This document shows positions 55,670-64,000 of a DNA stretch of 64,000 bases, in pieces. The stretch's first letter is position 1; each line of letters opens with the position of its first letter. The stretch is from the IMG/VR virus record IMGVR_UViG_3300020465_001196. One strand, given 5' to 3'. A program made the translations under genes and the position numbers. The stretch comes from a virus. Taxonomy: Duplodnaviria > Caudoviricetes. The notes beneath the pieces are model-generated. The model was not told the DNA's origin. It did not search any database and saw only the letters and a list, made by a program, of their open reading frames with translations.

Positions 55670-56880
55670 AACTCCTTAAACTCCGGATACACTTCTAAAA
55701 AATTTGTTTCATTTAATCTATCCATAGTTTCAACATATTCTTTAGTTGATCGTGGCAATGTTTCATTGTTAATATTAGTATTATTCATATAATCTAATAC
55801 ATAGTTTGACCATTTAACTATTTTGGCCAAACGATTCTCCTTAATGTTTACTAACTTATCTATTTTATTATAAACTCTTTTTGTTATAATGTCTTTCATT
55901 TTCTTTGGAATATATTGAATATTTAAGGCCTCTGGATATTGAACCAAACTACAATGGAAAGGACAATCCAACGAAACGTAATAATCAATTATCTCATCAA
56001 ATCTGGAAATATTATATAGAGAAACTGTACAAGTAGTTGTTAAATTAAACTGATCGGCCGATAATTCAGATTTTAATGTTCTAATATTATTTTCAATTGC
56101 TTCTAAATTACTTCCTGTTCTTAAATAACCATGAATCTTTTTATCACCATCTATACTAACTCTGCAATTTACTTTTTTAAAGTTTGCCCAAAGATCACTT
56201 ACGTGTTTATCTTTTAATATAATATTATTTAGATTAGTATTATACTCTAATGTAATGTTATGTGCATATGGTAACAACCTTTCCAATGCATCATAATGCT
56301 GTGGTTGTATTAAAGGTTCGCCACCTGCTATAACTATTTCTTCTACTCTTGGTCCTATGTCATTTACTACTTGATTAAATGTTTCTATAGGTAATTTTGC
56401 AATACCTCTCCATGTACTTGTTTCTGTTAATTGATATTTGTCAAATAAACGTTTTACATCATCATGCTTGTTTACTGCTACTGCCCAAGTTGAACTATAT
56501 ATTGATGAGCAATGTCTACATCTTAAATCGCATACATTACCAAAACGCAATTCAATTGATTTTACATTCATTGGTAGTGTGCCATCAACAACCTCTTCCA
56601 TCACTTGTGGAATATATGAAGCATAGTCTTCATTACATTGTTGCCTAGTTGATGTTATGTTTGCTTTTTCCATATCCCAACAGCTCTTACAACCTTCATG
56701 CTCAATATTGTTCATTAAATTTTTACGTATATTTTTATAGTTTTCATTGTTCCAAATTTCTTTAAGAGTCTTATCACCATAATGTCCTAGTGAATCGTGG
56801 TTTCGCCAACAAGCACTAACAAAACCTTTTGGTTTTAAATTCATATGTATGAACGGCATTATACAAAATGTTTTACTCAT
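55660..56880 (-). CDS. N-terminal twitch-domain radical SAM enzyme
   Basis: FCIMPF...ACW...CKSCW; CDLRCRHC; AGGEP. Confidence 0.9.
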   Translation of the reverse strand: MSKTFCIMPFIHMNLKPKGFVSACWRNHDSLGHYGDKTLKEIWNNENYKNIRKNLMNNIEHEGCKSCWDMEKANITSTRQQCNEDYASYIPQVMEEVVDGTLPMNVKSIELRFGNVCDLRCRHCSSIYSSTWAVAVNKHDDVKRLFDKYQLTETSTWRGIAKLPIETFNQVVNDIGPRVEEIVIAGGEPLIQPQHYDALERLLPYAHNITLEYNTNLNNIILKDKHVSDLWANFKKVNCRVSIDGDKKIHGYLRTGSNLEAIENNIRTLKSELSADQFNLTTTCTVSLYNISRFDEIIDYYVSLDCPFHCSLVQYPEALNIQYIPKKMKDIITKRVYNKIDKLVNIKENRLAKIVKWSNYVLDYMNNTNINNETLPRSTKEYVETMDRLNETNFLEVYPEFKEFWQ

Positions 56881-58243
56881 TAATAACCTCAGTTAACTTT
56901 GGAAATACTTCTTGCCAATTTTCTTTTCTTATTTTATCAAAAAATTCTGCTTTAACTTTAAAAAGGTCAGTACAATCTGGACCTTTACCTTTAAGTGTTT
57001 TTTCTAAAGCGGTATACCACTTATTAATTGCGTAATCTCTAACAAACGATTTGTCGCTATATCCAATGGATTCTAATTCTTTATCTACTTCTTCTCTTTG
57101 TATTTTGAGATCATCTATCATTTTAAGTTTTACTTTATTATTTAGATTTGATAAACATAGATAATCTGGACCAGAAACGTGAGTTACTTGCAGAAAATCA
57201 CCATACTGATGCTCTTCATTTCCATCTATGGTATATCCAGTTATATATTTGTTTACTAACTTTTTATCAAAATGAGTATACACCCAAACTATAAATTTTT
57301 TAAATGATAAAACATTAAATACACTTATAGTATGGCTTATAGCAACGAAAATGTTTTTATAATCTAACGATAATTTTTCCCAGTGTTTAGAAACTTTTAA
57401 TACAGTTTTCCAATTTGATTTCTTTCGTATAAATTCTGCTTCTTGTTCTATACCATCTAAACTTAAATTGATATATACTCTTTTAAATTTTGGAAGTATT
57501 GACCAATATTTTTCTTTTGGAAAAAAACTACAATTAGTAAACACATCTAATACTATGTTTTTTGCAAGATCCCACTTAACTAAATTATCTAAAAATCCAA
57601 GAAATGCATCAGTTAAAAATGGTTCACCACCTGTAACTTTAACTTCAAGTAAATGCTTAACAGTATCATATTCCATATCTTTAATATATTCATTTGTTGT
57701 TATGTTTCTCTTATGATCAGTATACCAATTATGCTTGGGATGTGGCTCACCAAAAAAATGTTGTTGTGCTTCTGTATTATCTATTAAATCTTCATCCCAA
57801 CTTGTTGATAACCCTGGACCACAAGTTCTACATTTTAAATTACAAAATCTACCAGTTTCTATTTCTAAATATTCAAGCCTAGGTTTAGCAATATTTCCCC
57901 ACTCTCCTTTTGGACCTCTTACTCCTTGAGCCCATTTAGGATTTTGTATTGCGGCAATGGCATTTTCTCTCATGCTTCTATTTCCATTAGCTTCTTGCCA
58001 ATAGCATTTAGTACACCCAGCAACTTTCTCACCACTTAACATTTTTCTTCGTACATTTGACCAAGACTCATTAAAGTCAGATACGTTGTTTATGCTAATC
58101 ATTCCTTCGTCATCTAAATCTTTATCAAGATATGCTCGATTGTCCCAACGACAACAAGGCTGTATCCATTCTCCTTTTGGCTCAATAATTGCTCCTTTAA
58201 AAGGAAATGGGCAAAATGTTTTATTCTTTTTTAAATCAATCAT
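56873..58243 (-). CDS. N-terminal twitch-domain radical SAM enzyme
   Basis: FCPFPF...PCC...CTKCY; CNLKCRTC; TGGEP. Confidence 0.9.
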   Translation of the reverse strand: MIDLKKNKTFCPFPFKGAIIEPKGEWIQPCCRWDNRAYLDKDLDDEGMISINNVSDFNESWSNVRRKMLSGEKVAGCTKCYWQEANGNRSMRENAIAAIQNPKWAQGVRGPKGEWGNIAKPRLEYLEIETGRFCNLKCRTCGPGLSTSWDEDLIDNTEAQQHFFGEPHPKHNWYTDHKRNITTNEYIKDMEYDTVKHLLEVKVTGGEPFLTDAFLGFLDNLVKWDLAKNIVLDVFTNCSFFPKEKYWSILPKFKRVYINLSLDGIEQEAEFIRKKSNWKTVLKVSKHWEKLSLDYKNIFVAISHTISVFNVLSFKKFIVWVYTHFDKKLVNKYITGYTIDGNEEHQYGDFLQVTHVSGPDYLCLSNLNNKVKLKMIDDLKIQREEVDKELESIGYSDKSFVRDYAINKWYTALEKTLKGKGPDCTDLFKVKAEFFDKIRKENWQEVFPKLTEVINE

Positions 58244-58372
58244 GCTGTTATATTATATACTAACTTTTTCCAAATATCAATATTATACTTAATACAAGTA
58301 TTTATTGGTTGATTTCTACCACATGATAATTTATAATAAATACAAGTATAAAGAGTTTATGGAAAGAAATCT

Positions 58373-59188
58373 ATGTTAGTAAGAAAAAAATATCAATTAC
58401 CAACAATGTGGAAATTTCAAAATAAGAAATTTGACATTGAAAGATTAAGAGAAGAAGCATTAAAGTTGGCCAACAACTATGGTGATGTTATGGAAACTAA
58501 CAAAGCCTTATGCTCAAACAATCACGAGTTAGTTATGAGTGTATACAAACACTTTAAGCAAATTAACCTTACAGAATTTGATCCAAGTGCGGCATCACCT
58601 ACTGTAGAAAGTTGTGAAGTAATGGGCAAGACTGCAGGAACTGGTGACGAGTCAATTAGTAAAATTGCAAAATATAAATTAAAATCTAGACTTGGCGAAG
58701 GACTTGCACCTGGGCTTAATGAACATAATTATAATACTCCAACTGAAGAATATACAGGTTCATACTTTCAAGAAGTTGTTGAATCGTTTAAAGCAGATGC
58801 AATTAGAGTTAGACTTGTAAGATTAGATCCAGGTAAAACACTTACACCACATATTGATTACGATCCAACTTATGCTGTAAGAGTTATTGTACCTATTTTT
58901 GCAGAAGAAGAAGCAACAAATTACTTTTGGCGTAAAGGTAAAGAAGAGTCATATCATTTAAAAGCTGATGGCTCTGCATACTTTTTAAATATTGGCTTTA
59001 GGCATACAGTAGTAAATTCAGGTTCTACACCTAGAATTAGTTTAATGTTTAGTTTAAAAAATCAATCAGACTTACAAGAAATAATTGATACTAACTGGAA
59101 CGAAACTAATAACATGGGTGACCTACGTATACAAAAAGATTACAAACAACATAAGGCTCAAGCAGATGCCCAACCAGTGGCTGTTTAA
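58373..59188 (+). CDS. Asp/Asn beta-hydroxylase-like oxygenase
   Basis: PHIDYD...RVIVPI...RHTVVN...RISLM. Confidence 0.8.
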   Translation: MLVRKKYQLPTMWKFQNKKFDIERLREEALKLANNYGDVMETNKALCSNNHELVMSVYKHFKQINLTEFDPSAASPTVESCEVMGKTAGTGDESISKIAKYKLKSRLGEGLAPGLNEHNYNTPTEEYTGSYFQEVVESFKADAIRVRLVRLDPGKTLTPHIDYDPTYAVRVIVPIFAEEEATNYFWRKGKEESYHLKADGSAYFLNIGFRHTVVNSGSTPRISLMFSLKNQSDLQEIIDTNWNETNNMGDLRIQKDYKQHKAQADAQPVAV

Positions 59189-59492
59189 AACAGAAGTAAA
59201 AGAATCAACTATACACGGACAAGGAAGATTTGCGTTAGAAGATATTCCTATTGGAAGAAATGTGCTTACTTTAGATGGTGCTATCGTACCAAAAGAACAA
59301 GCACCTAAAAAATTTCCTGTTAGTTTAACTCACAATATGGATTGTGAAGATACTTACATCAATCACTCAGACGATTCAAATTTAGCATATTTAGGTGGTA
59401 CAAGTTTTGTATCATGTAAAAATATAAAGGCAGGCGATGAACTAACTATGGATTATAGAGAGTTCGCTGGAGATCGTAAATTTTTATTCTAA
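59166..59492 (+). CDS. stand-alone SET domain methyltransferase
   Basis: STIHGQGRFA.EDI..G, YINHSDDSN, IKAGDELTMDY; start refined to 59166. Confidence 0.88.
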   Translation: MPNQWLFKTEVKESTIHGQGRFALEDIPIGRNVLTLDGAIVPKEQAPKKFPVSLTHNMDCEDTYINHSDDSNLAYLGGTSFVSCKNIKAGDELTMDYREFAGDRKFLF

Positions 59493-59558
59493 TGAAAGAT
59501 CCTTTAAGTTATAAAATCAAAAGAATAATTGAATGGTTGCTGATACAACAAGTTCCAG

Positions 59559-59777
59559 CTATTTTAGTAATACTATTTTTGATTTACTATTTTTTATTTT
59601 AATCTTACTTTCAGGAAGTATAGCACCTGTTGTAATATAGTGTAATGTTAAAGGACTATTAGGTTGATAACTTGAATATTCGGAACTAAGATGCTTTGGT
59701 ATTTTTTTACGTTTTTTAGTAGTCTTTTTGCGTTTTGACTTCTTTTTTTGATAGTGCATCAAAACAATATTTATCAT
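59559..59777 (-). CDS. basic hypothetical protein
   Basis: Lys-rich, coupled to upstream oxygenase. Confidence 0.5.
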   Translation of the reverse strand: MINIVLMHYQKKKSKRKKTTKKRKKIPKHLSSEYSSYQPNSPLTLHYITTGAILPESKIKIKNSKSKIVLLK

Positions 59778-60460
59778 TATTGATTAAATTTTGCTTTCCA
59801 ATCCATATTAGCAAACGGCCATCCTGTTATAACAACACGGCATCCTGGCTTGCCATTTCTTACTGGGTAAACGTAATGGGCTGATCCAACCCGCATTAGC
59901 ACACACGTATTTCTTTTTGGCTTTATTGCTAATGGTCCTACCAAATAAGGTTCTTGTTTTGAATCAGCATAAAGTTTTGTTTTGAACTCTTGCCAATTTT
60001 TTCTTTCTGATGGATTAGTTTGGAAATGATCTTCTAACATATACTCATTTGGAAAAACTAATTCTCCACCATCTTCAGTTGTTAAGTAATTAATAAACAC
60101 AAAGTCTCCATATATATCTTTGCGTTCTGTGTGTACGTTGTATACACTATCTGGATTAAATGTTTTTGTTGTAAATTGTAATACGTTCTTTTCGTTTACT
60201 TCTGTTATTGGTTTGTATACTTTTGTAAGTATTTCATTAAGTTTCTCAATAACTGCTAAAACAACTTCTTTATCTTTGTGTATATCATATTTTACGTGAT
60301 TATAGTTGTAATGTGATTTGCTTATAATATGTTTTTGCTCATTAGCATCTAATTCTTTTGTTTCTGAACTATAAATTTTTTCTAATGTTTGATCAACTAG
60401 ATCTTCATTAATAAAATTTTCTGTATACCATATTTCATCTTTGACTAGTTCCTGCCACAT
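59777..60460 (-). CDS. 2OG-Fe(II) oxygenase (prolyl-hydroxylase-like), HxE variant
   Basis: VHTE, DGGELVFP, AHYV, RVVITGW. Confidence 0.75.
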   Translation of the reverse strand: MWQELVKDEIWYTENFINEDLVDQTLEKIYSSETKELDANEQKHIISKSHYNYNHVKYDIHKDKEVVLAVIEKLNEILTKVYKPITEVNEKNVLQFTTKTFNPDSVYNVHTERKDIYGDFVFINYLTTEDGGELVFPNEYMLEDHFQTNPSERKNWQEFKTKLYADSKQEPYLVGPLAIKPKRNTCVLMRVGSAHYVYPVRNGKPGCRVVITGWPFANMDWKAKFNQ

Positions 60461-61032
60461 TAATCGTAAAACCTCCTTACCCTTCCATGAGTAAATCCTT
60501 GTACTAATACTTCAACTGCTTCATCATATGATAATCCTCTATGCTGTAAGTAAAACAGATGTTCTTCATCTAATGCTCCTATAGTACAACCATGCGTACA
60601 AATAGTATCATCATTATGTATTTCTAATTCTGGTTTTGAAAATGCATCTGATTGATTATCTAATAAAATATTTTTGTTTAACATATGACTTTCACAACCA
60701 CTTATGTGTTTTGGTATTATTATTTTACCTTCAAATGATGTATTACTCTTTTTGTTAATAAATCTAAAATCTTGATTACATTTTGATTTTTTACCTTTAT
60801 GAACAACTATTGTTTTTATATTTGTATCAAATCGTTTATTTTTAAAAAATCCAAACATTTCGCATACTGCATCTTCTTGTAGTTCAACGTTGATCGTTGT
60901 TTTAGTTCCTTTAGATGTTTTAAAAAATATACAAGCCTTGGCTCCACGTTTTACATCTATGCTTATAGCATCTTCTTCACTTAAATTAATTTTACAGTCT
61001 AATGCTTTATCAACTACGTAATGGTTATCCAT
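60460..61032 (-). CDS. sufD: SufD-like Fe-S assembly protein, C-terminal half only
   Basis: FEGKIII, NKNILL, SKPELEIHNDD..CTHGCTIG.LDEEHLFYL..RGL...EA...LVQGF; 190 aa. Confidence 0.85.
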   Translation of the reverse strand: MDNHYVVDKALDCKINLSEEDAISIDVKRGAKACIFFKTSKGTKTTINVELQEDAVCEMFGFFKNKRFDTNIKTIVVHKGKKSKCNQDFRFINKKSNTSFEGKIIIPKHISGCESHMLNKNILLDNQSDAFSKPELEIHNDDTICTHGCTIGALDEEHLFYLQHRGLSYDEAVEVLVQGFTHGRVRRFYD

Positions 61033-61708
61033 TTGTAAATCCTTGTTTATCTATTCTATCTAATAGTGTAACATCACCTGTTTCATCTATTTTTTTATTT
61101 TTAATAATATGAACAAACGTTGGATTTAAATTTCTTAATATTTTTGTATTGTGGCTAATAACTAACCAACCATAATTACTTTTGTATTCATTAACAATTT
61201 TTGTTACCATTCGTAATGCATCTACATCTAAACCCGTATCAACTTCATCAAGTATAACTATCTTTGGATTTGCTTGTAATAATTGTAGTAGTTCATTCTT
61301 CTTACGTTCACCTCCAGAAGCACCTTCATTAAATTCTCTACTTGCCCAATCATTTTGTAAGTTTAAACTTTCAATATCTTTTTTATATTTTTGTACTTCA
61401 GTTGAATAATGTTGCACTAATTTATAATTTGTTATTCCAGGAATACTAGGTGGAGATTGAAAACTCATAAACAATCCTGCTTTTGCTCTTTCACTAACTT
61501 CCATTTCTAATATGTCTTCACCACTTAATGTTACTACTCCTTTGGCTTCATAATCATTTTTACCAACAAGAGCATTCGCTAGTGTACTTTTACCACAACC
61601 ATTAGGACCTATAATTGCATGAATTTCACCTTTGTTTATCGTAAGGTTAAGTCCATCAATAATTTTTTTATCTTGTATTTGTACTTCTAAGTTTTTTATT
61701 TCTAACAT
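61025..61708 (-). CDS. sufC: Fe-S assembly ATPase SufC
   Basis: GEIHAIIGPNGCGKST, ERAKAGLFMSFQ.P, SGGE, LDEVDTGLDVDAL. Confidence 0.93.
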   Translation of the reverse strand: MLEIKNLEVQIQDKKIIDGLNLTINKGEIHAIIGPNGCGKSTLANALVGKNDYEAKGVVTLSGEDILEMEVSERAKAGLFMSFQSPPSIPGITNYKLVQHYSTEVQKYKKDIESLNLQNDWASREFNEGASGGERKKNELLQLLQANPKIVILDEVDTGLDVDALRMVTKIVNEYKSNYGWLVISHNTKILRNLNPTFVHIIKNKKIDETGDVTLLDRIDKQGFTNG

Positions 61709-61718
61709 TTTCTTTCAC

Positions 61719-62483
61719 TCAATGACATTGTTCAATTGGTTTTTTATATTCTTCAGAATCAAAATAATGATTAAAATTACAATTTTGATTTAAACTTTCT
61801 ATTAAATCTTTTGTAGCATATGGCCATCCTGTAACAACCTGCCTTGAATCTTCTTTAACTTCGCCGTTTAACGGTGTAACATAATGAGCTGACCCTATTG
61901 CAAATACTACACATTTATTATACACTGGTTTAATCGTAATGTCATCCAAATATCTTATTGGATATCCTTTTGATTCTACTAATTGTATATTTTCTGGCCA
62001 ACGTTCTTTTTGATCAGGATGTTTTTCTAAAAACTTTTCTATTCCTTGCTTACTTGGAAATATTAATTCACCGCCATCTTCTGTAGATAAAAAATGCATA
62101 AATGCATATAGGCCATATTTGTTAATTGGTTCTGCGTGTAAATCATACCAACCACGTTTTGTAAAACTTTTTGTAAACAACTGTAGGCCATCTAAATCAG
62201 TTGTTGGAACTTTTGTACCTGTAATTGGTTCTAATAGTTCATTTACTTTATTCATGTATATGTCAATATACTTTTGATTTTTATGTATGTCTGTTCTATG
62301 AACTGTATAATTGTATGTTGTAGCATTTACTCCAGACTTTCTAAAGTTTGGTAATATTGCTTCTCCAGGCTGTAATTCTGTTTTACCTGCTTGTAGCATA
62401 TCTTCTTTAATTTGCTTAATTGTTGCATCATCAAGAAAATTATCAAATTCCCATATTTCATTTTTAACAAGTTCTTTCCACAT
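61719..62483 (-). CDS. 2OG-Fe(II) oxygenase, HxE variant, paralogue of 59777-60460
   Basis: Shared MW.ELVK.EIW N-terminus; LHAE, GGELIFP, AHYV, RQVVTGW. Confidence 0.75.
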   Translation of the reverse strand: MWKELVKNEIWEFDNFLDDATIKQIKEDMLQAGKTELQPGEAILPNFRKSGVNATTYNYTVHRTDIHKNQKYIDIYMNKVNELLEPITGTKVPTTDLDGLQLFTKSFTKRGWYDLHAEPINKYGLYAFMHFLSTEDGGELIFPSKQGIEKFLEKHPDQKERWPENIQLVESKGYPIRYLDDITIKPVYNKCVVFAIGSAHYVTPLNGEVKEDSRQVVTGWPYATKDLIESLNQNCNFNHYFDSEEYKKPIEQCH

Positions 62484-64000
62484 TATCTTTCACTCCCTAC
62501 AGCAATTCTATCTGTTGGTTTTATACGAGCATCTGTACCATACATACTCATATCAAATTCTTTTTTCCATTGTGCTATATCATATTTAACCAAGTTTTCT
62601 GGAAACACTTTTGACATATCATTTAAAAATTTATCCTGGTTGTGCCAAAACTGATACACTTCGTCTGCACGTAAACATCTTGAAAAATACAAATACGTTG
62701 CTAAATCTTTTACTTCTGTTCTTGGTTCATCTTTAAAAATATTTCTAATAATTGTTCTATTCTTTTCTACTAGTGATGTTATAAAAGGCATTTTATCTAA
62801 ATTTTTATAAAACCATTTTGCTTGTACTCCAATGTCATGCTCTGTGTCATATAAATTTTTCATAGTATGGCTCAATGCTCTTGAGTTATGAAAGTTATGA
62901 TAGAACCACCAATAGTCAAACATACGAACAATTTCATCTTCATCATATGAAAAACATCTATGCATAATTTCTATTTCTTCAAACTCATAAGTACTACGTT
63001 CATCTCTGTACTCAGGATGATTATGCAACTGCTTATATCCTAGTCCTGAAAAAGAATATGGAAATGCAAGTATTTTAGATTTAACTTTATGTTCTTTTTG
63101 AAACTTTTCTGTGTATAACTCTGTATTAGGTACTAAATTTAAAAAGTAAGTTCGCATAAAGTCAATACCAATTTCGTAATCTCTATTTAGACTATATAAC
63201 CAACTGTCTGCTGTTTCGCCTGGTAATGCAATAATCATTTCACTTGTTACAGGTAATCCTTTTGATTTAAAACTGTCTACTAATGGTGTAAGTTTATCAT
63301 TGTTAATATTATCTCTGTTAATAACTTTTAGTGTTTCCTTTGCGTGTGTTTGGAAACTTACTTTAAGGTTACGTTGATCTGCATCTAAATTATTATGTAT
63401 AATATCTATAATCTCTGGTAACCATTTACTACCATTCTTTGCAAGTCCACTGTAAGATATTTTAGGATTATTACCTGTTGCTTCTTTGTTTGCTTTCATT
63501 TTCTTAACAACATCTAAATCTCTAGGCAACATACCAAAGTTAGCATCAAGTATTTCTACTTCTGCTATGTTTGTATGTTTATATATAAAGTCTAACTGTT
63601 CATTTACAGGATCCATGTCAAACTTTGTAACTTTTGATCTTGCTTGTCCACCCCAATCACAAAATGCACATTTAAAAGGACAACCGCGATTAGTTTCAAA
63701 TGATGCTTTAACTCTTTTTTCTTCAGCAAGTATAGAATCAAATACTCCGTCTAAATAAGGTGTTGGCATTTCATGAGTTTCAATTTGATATAATTTACGT
63801 CCTACTTCTACATTGTTCCATCCTAATCCAAAACTGCCATCATGTGTACTCATAGGAGCATCTATATTTTTTAAAAACTTACTAACTAATTTCTCTCCTG
63901 GGCCAACCCAAAATATATCTATATAAGGATGTTCTTTTGCAAACTGCTCTGCAAGTTTAGGATCTTCAGGCACATTAGGACCGCCATACATTGTTATACC
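62483..64000 (-). CDS. cobalamin-dependent-type radical SAM enzyme, 5' end outside window
   Basis: Frame open to window edge; GGPNV B12-domain motif, GPGE, FETNRGCPFKCAFC, DANFG, IIALPGET. Confidence 0.88.
   Translation of the reverse strand, partial: GITMYGGPNVPEDPKLAEQFAKEHPYIDIFWVGPGEKLVSKFLKNIDAPMSTHDGSFGLGWNNVEVGRKLYQIETHEMPTPYLDGVFDSILAEEKRVKASFETNRGCPFKCAFCDWGGQARSKVTKFDMDPVNEQLDFIYKHTNIAEVEILDANFGMLPRDLDVVKKMKANKEATGNNPKISYSGLAKNGSKWLPEIIDIIHNNLDADQRNLKVSFQTHAKETLKVINRDNINNDKLTPLVDSFKSKGLPVTSEMIIALPGETADSWLYSLNRDYEIGIDFMRTYFLNLVPNTELYTEKFQKEHKVKSKILAFPYSFSGLGYKQLHNHPEYRDERSTYEFEEIEIMHRCFSYDEDEIVRMFDYWWFYHNFHNSRALSHTMKNLYDTEHDIGVQAKWFYKNLDKMPFITSLVEKNRTIIRNIFKDEPRTEVKDLATYLYFSRCLRADEVYQFWHNQDKFLNDMSKVFPENLVKYDIAQWKKEFDMSMYGTDARIKPTDRIAVGSER

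Larger units (their letters stand above)
15870..58342. promoter_or_regulatory. T4-like late promoter cores TAAATA shortly upstream of starts
   Basis: Plus: 15934, 16604, 20315, 31582, 34779, 41958, 58337; minus: 17731, 24053, 28014, 29862, 34712, 40124, 58299 (also 2263 minus, 2788 plus). Hexamer is common by chance in AT-rich DNA, so the support is positional. Confidence 0.6.

Overview
AT-rich, densely coding segment of a large T4-like (myovirus-type, possibly jumbo) aquatic phage. The host is probably an alphaproteobacterium, inferred from the alpha-type bL31 and Grx4 sequences. Phage identity rests on virion fibre genes (one with an Mtd_N-like N-terminus), a T4 DsbA-like protein, T4-like late promoter cores (TAAATA), a battery of strong sigma70 promoters in front of small early ORFs, and isolated ribosomal protein genes with no ribosomal operon. 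Layout: (1) 1-2.2 kb, small late ORFs including ribosomal protein bL12. (2) 3.4-13.3 kb, an early-gene island with 12 near-consensus sigma70 promoters (a 13th lies in the right-hand block). It is bracketed by two repeat-rich non-coding blocks (2.2-3.4 kb and 13.3-14.7 kb) that carry related ~10-bp-phased arrays in inverted orientation. (3) 14.7-18.2 kb, small ORFs including bL31 and a covarying tandem-hairpin array. (4) 18.3-64 kb, a very large tailoring-enzyme island wrapped around two fibre genes and four tRNAs. It encodes 10 radical SAM enzymes (7 with N-terminal twitch domains, 1 cobalamin-type), 11 Fe(II)/2OG-type oxygenases, 2 QueC-like PP-loop enzymes, carbamoyltransferase, NDP-sugar dehydrogenase, SDR, PLP enzyme, SAM and SET methyltransferases and a desaturase, plus its own Fe-S/electron support (SufC, truncated SufD, Grx4, ferredoxin-NADP reductase). 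Best candidates for new biology are this self-provisioned enzyme island, an atypical CAG-anticodon tRNA with EF-Tu-disfavouring features, and the inverted repeat arrays around the early island. All family assignments come from motif recognition by eye; no database search was run.
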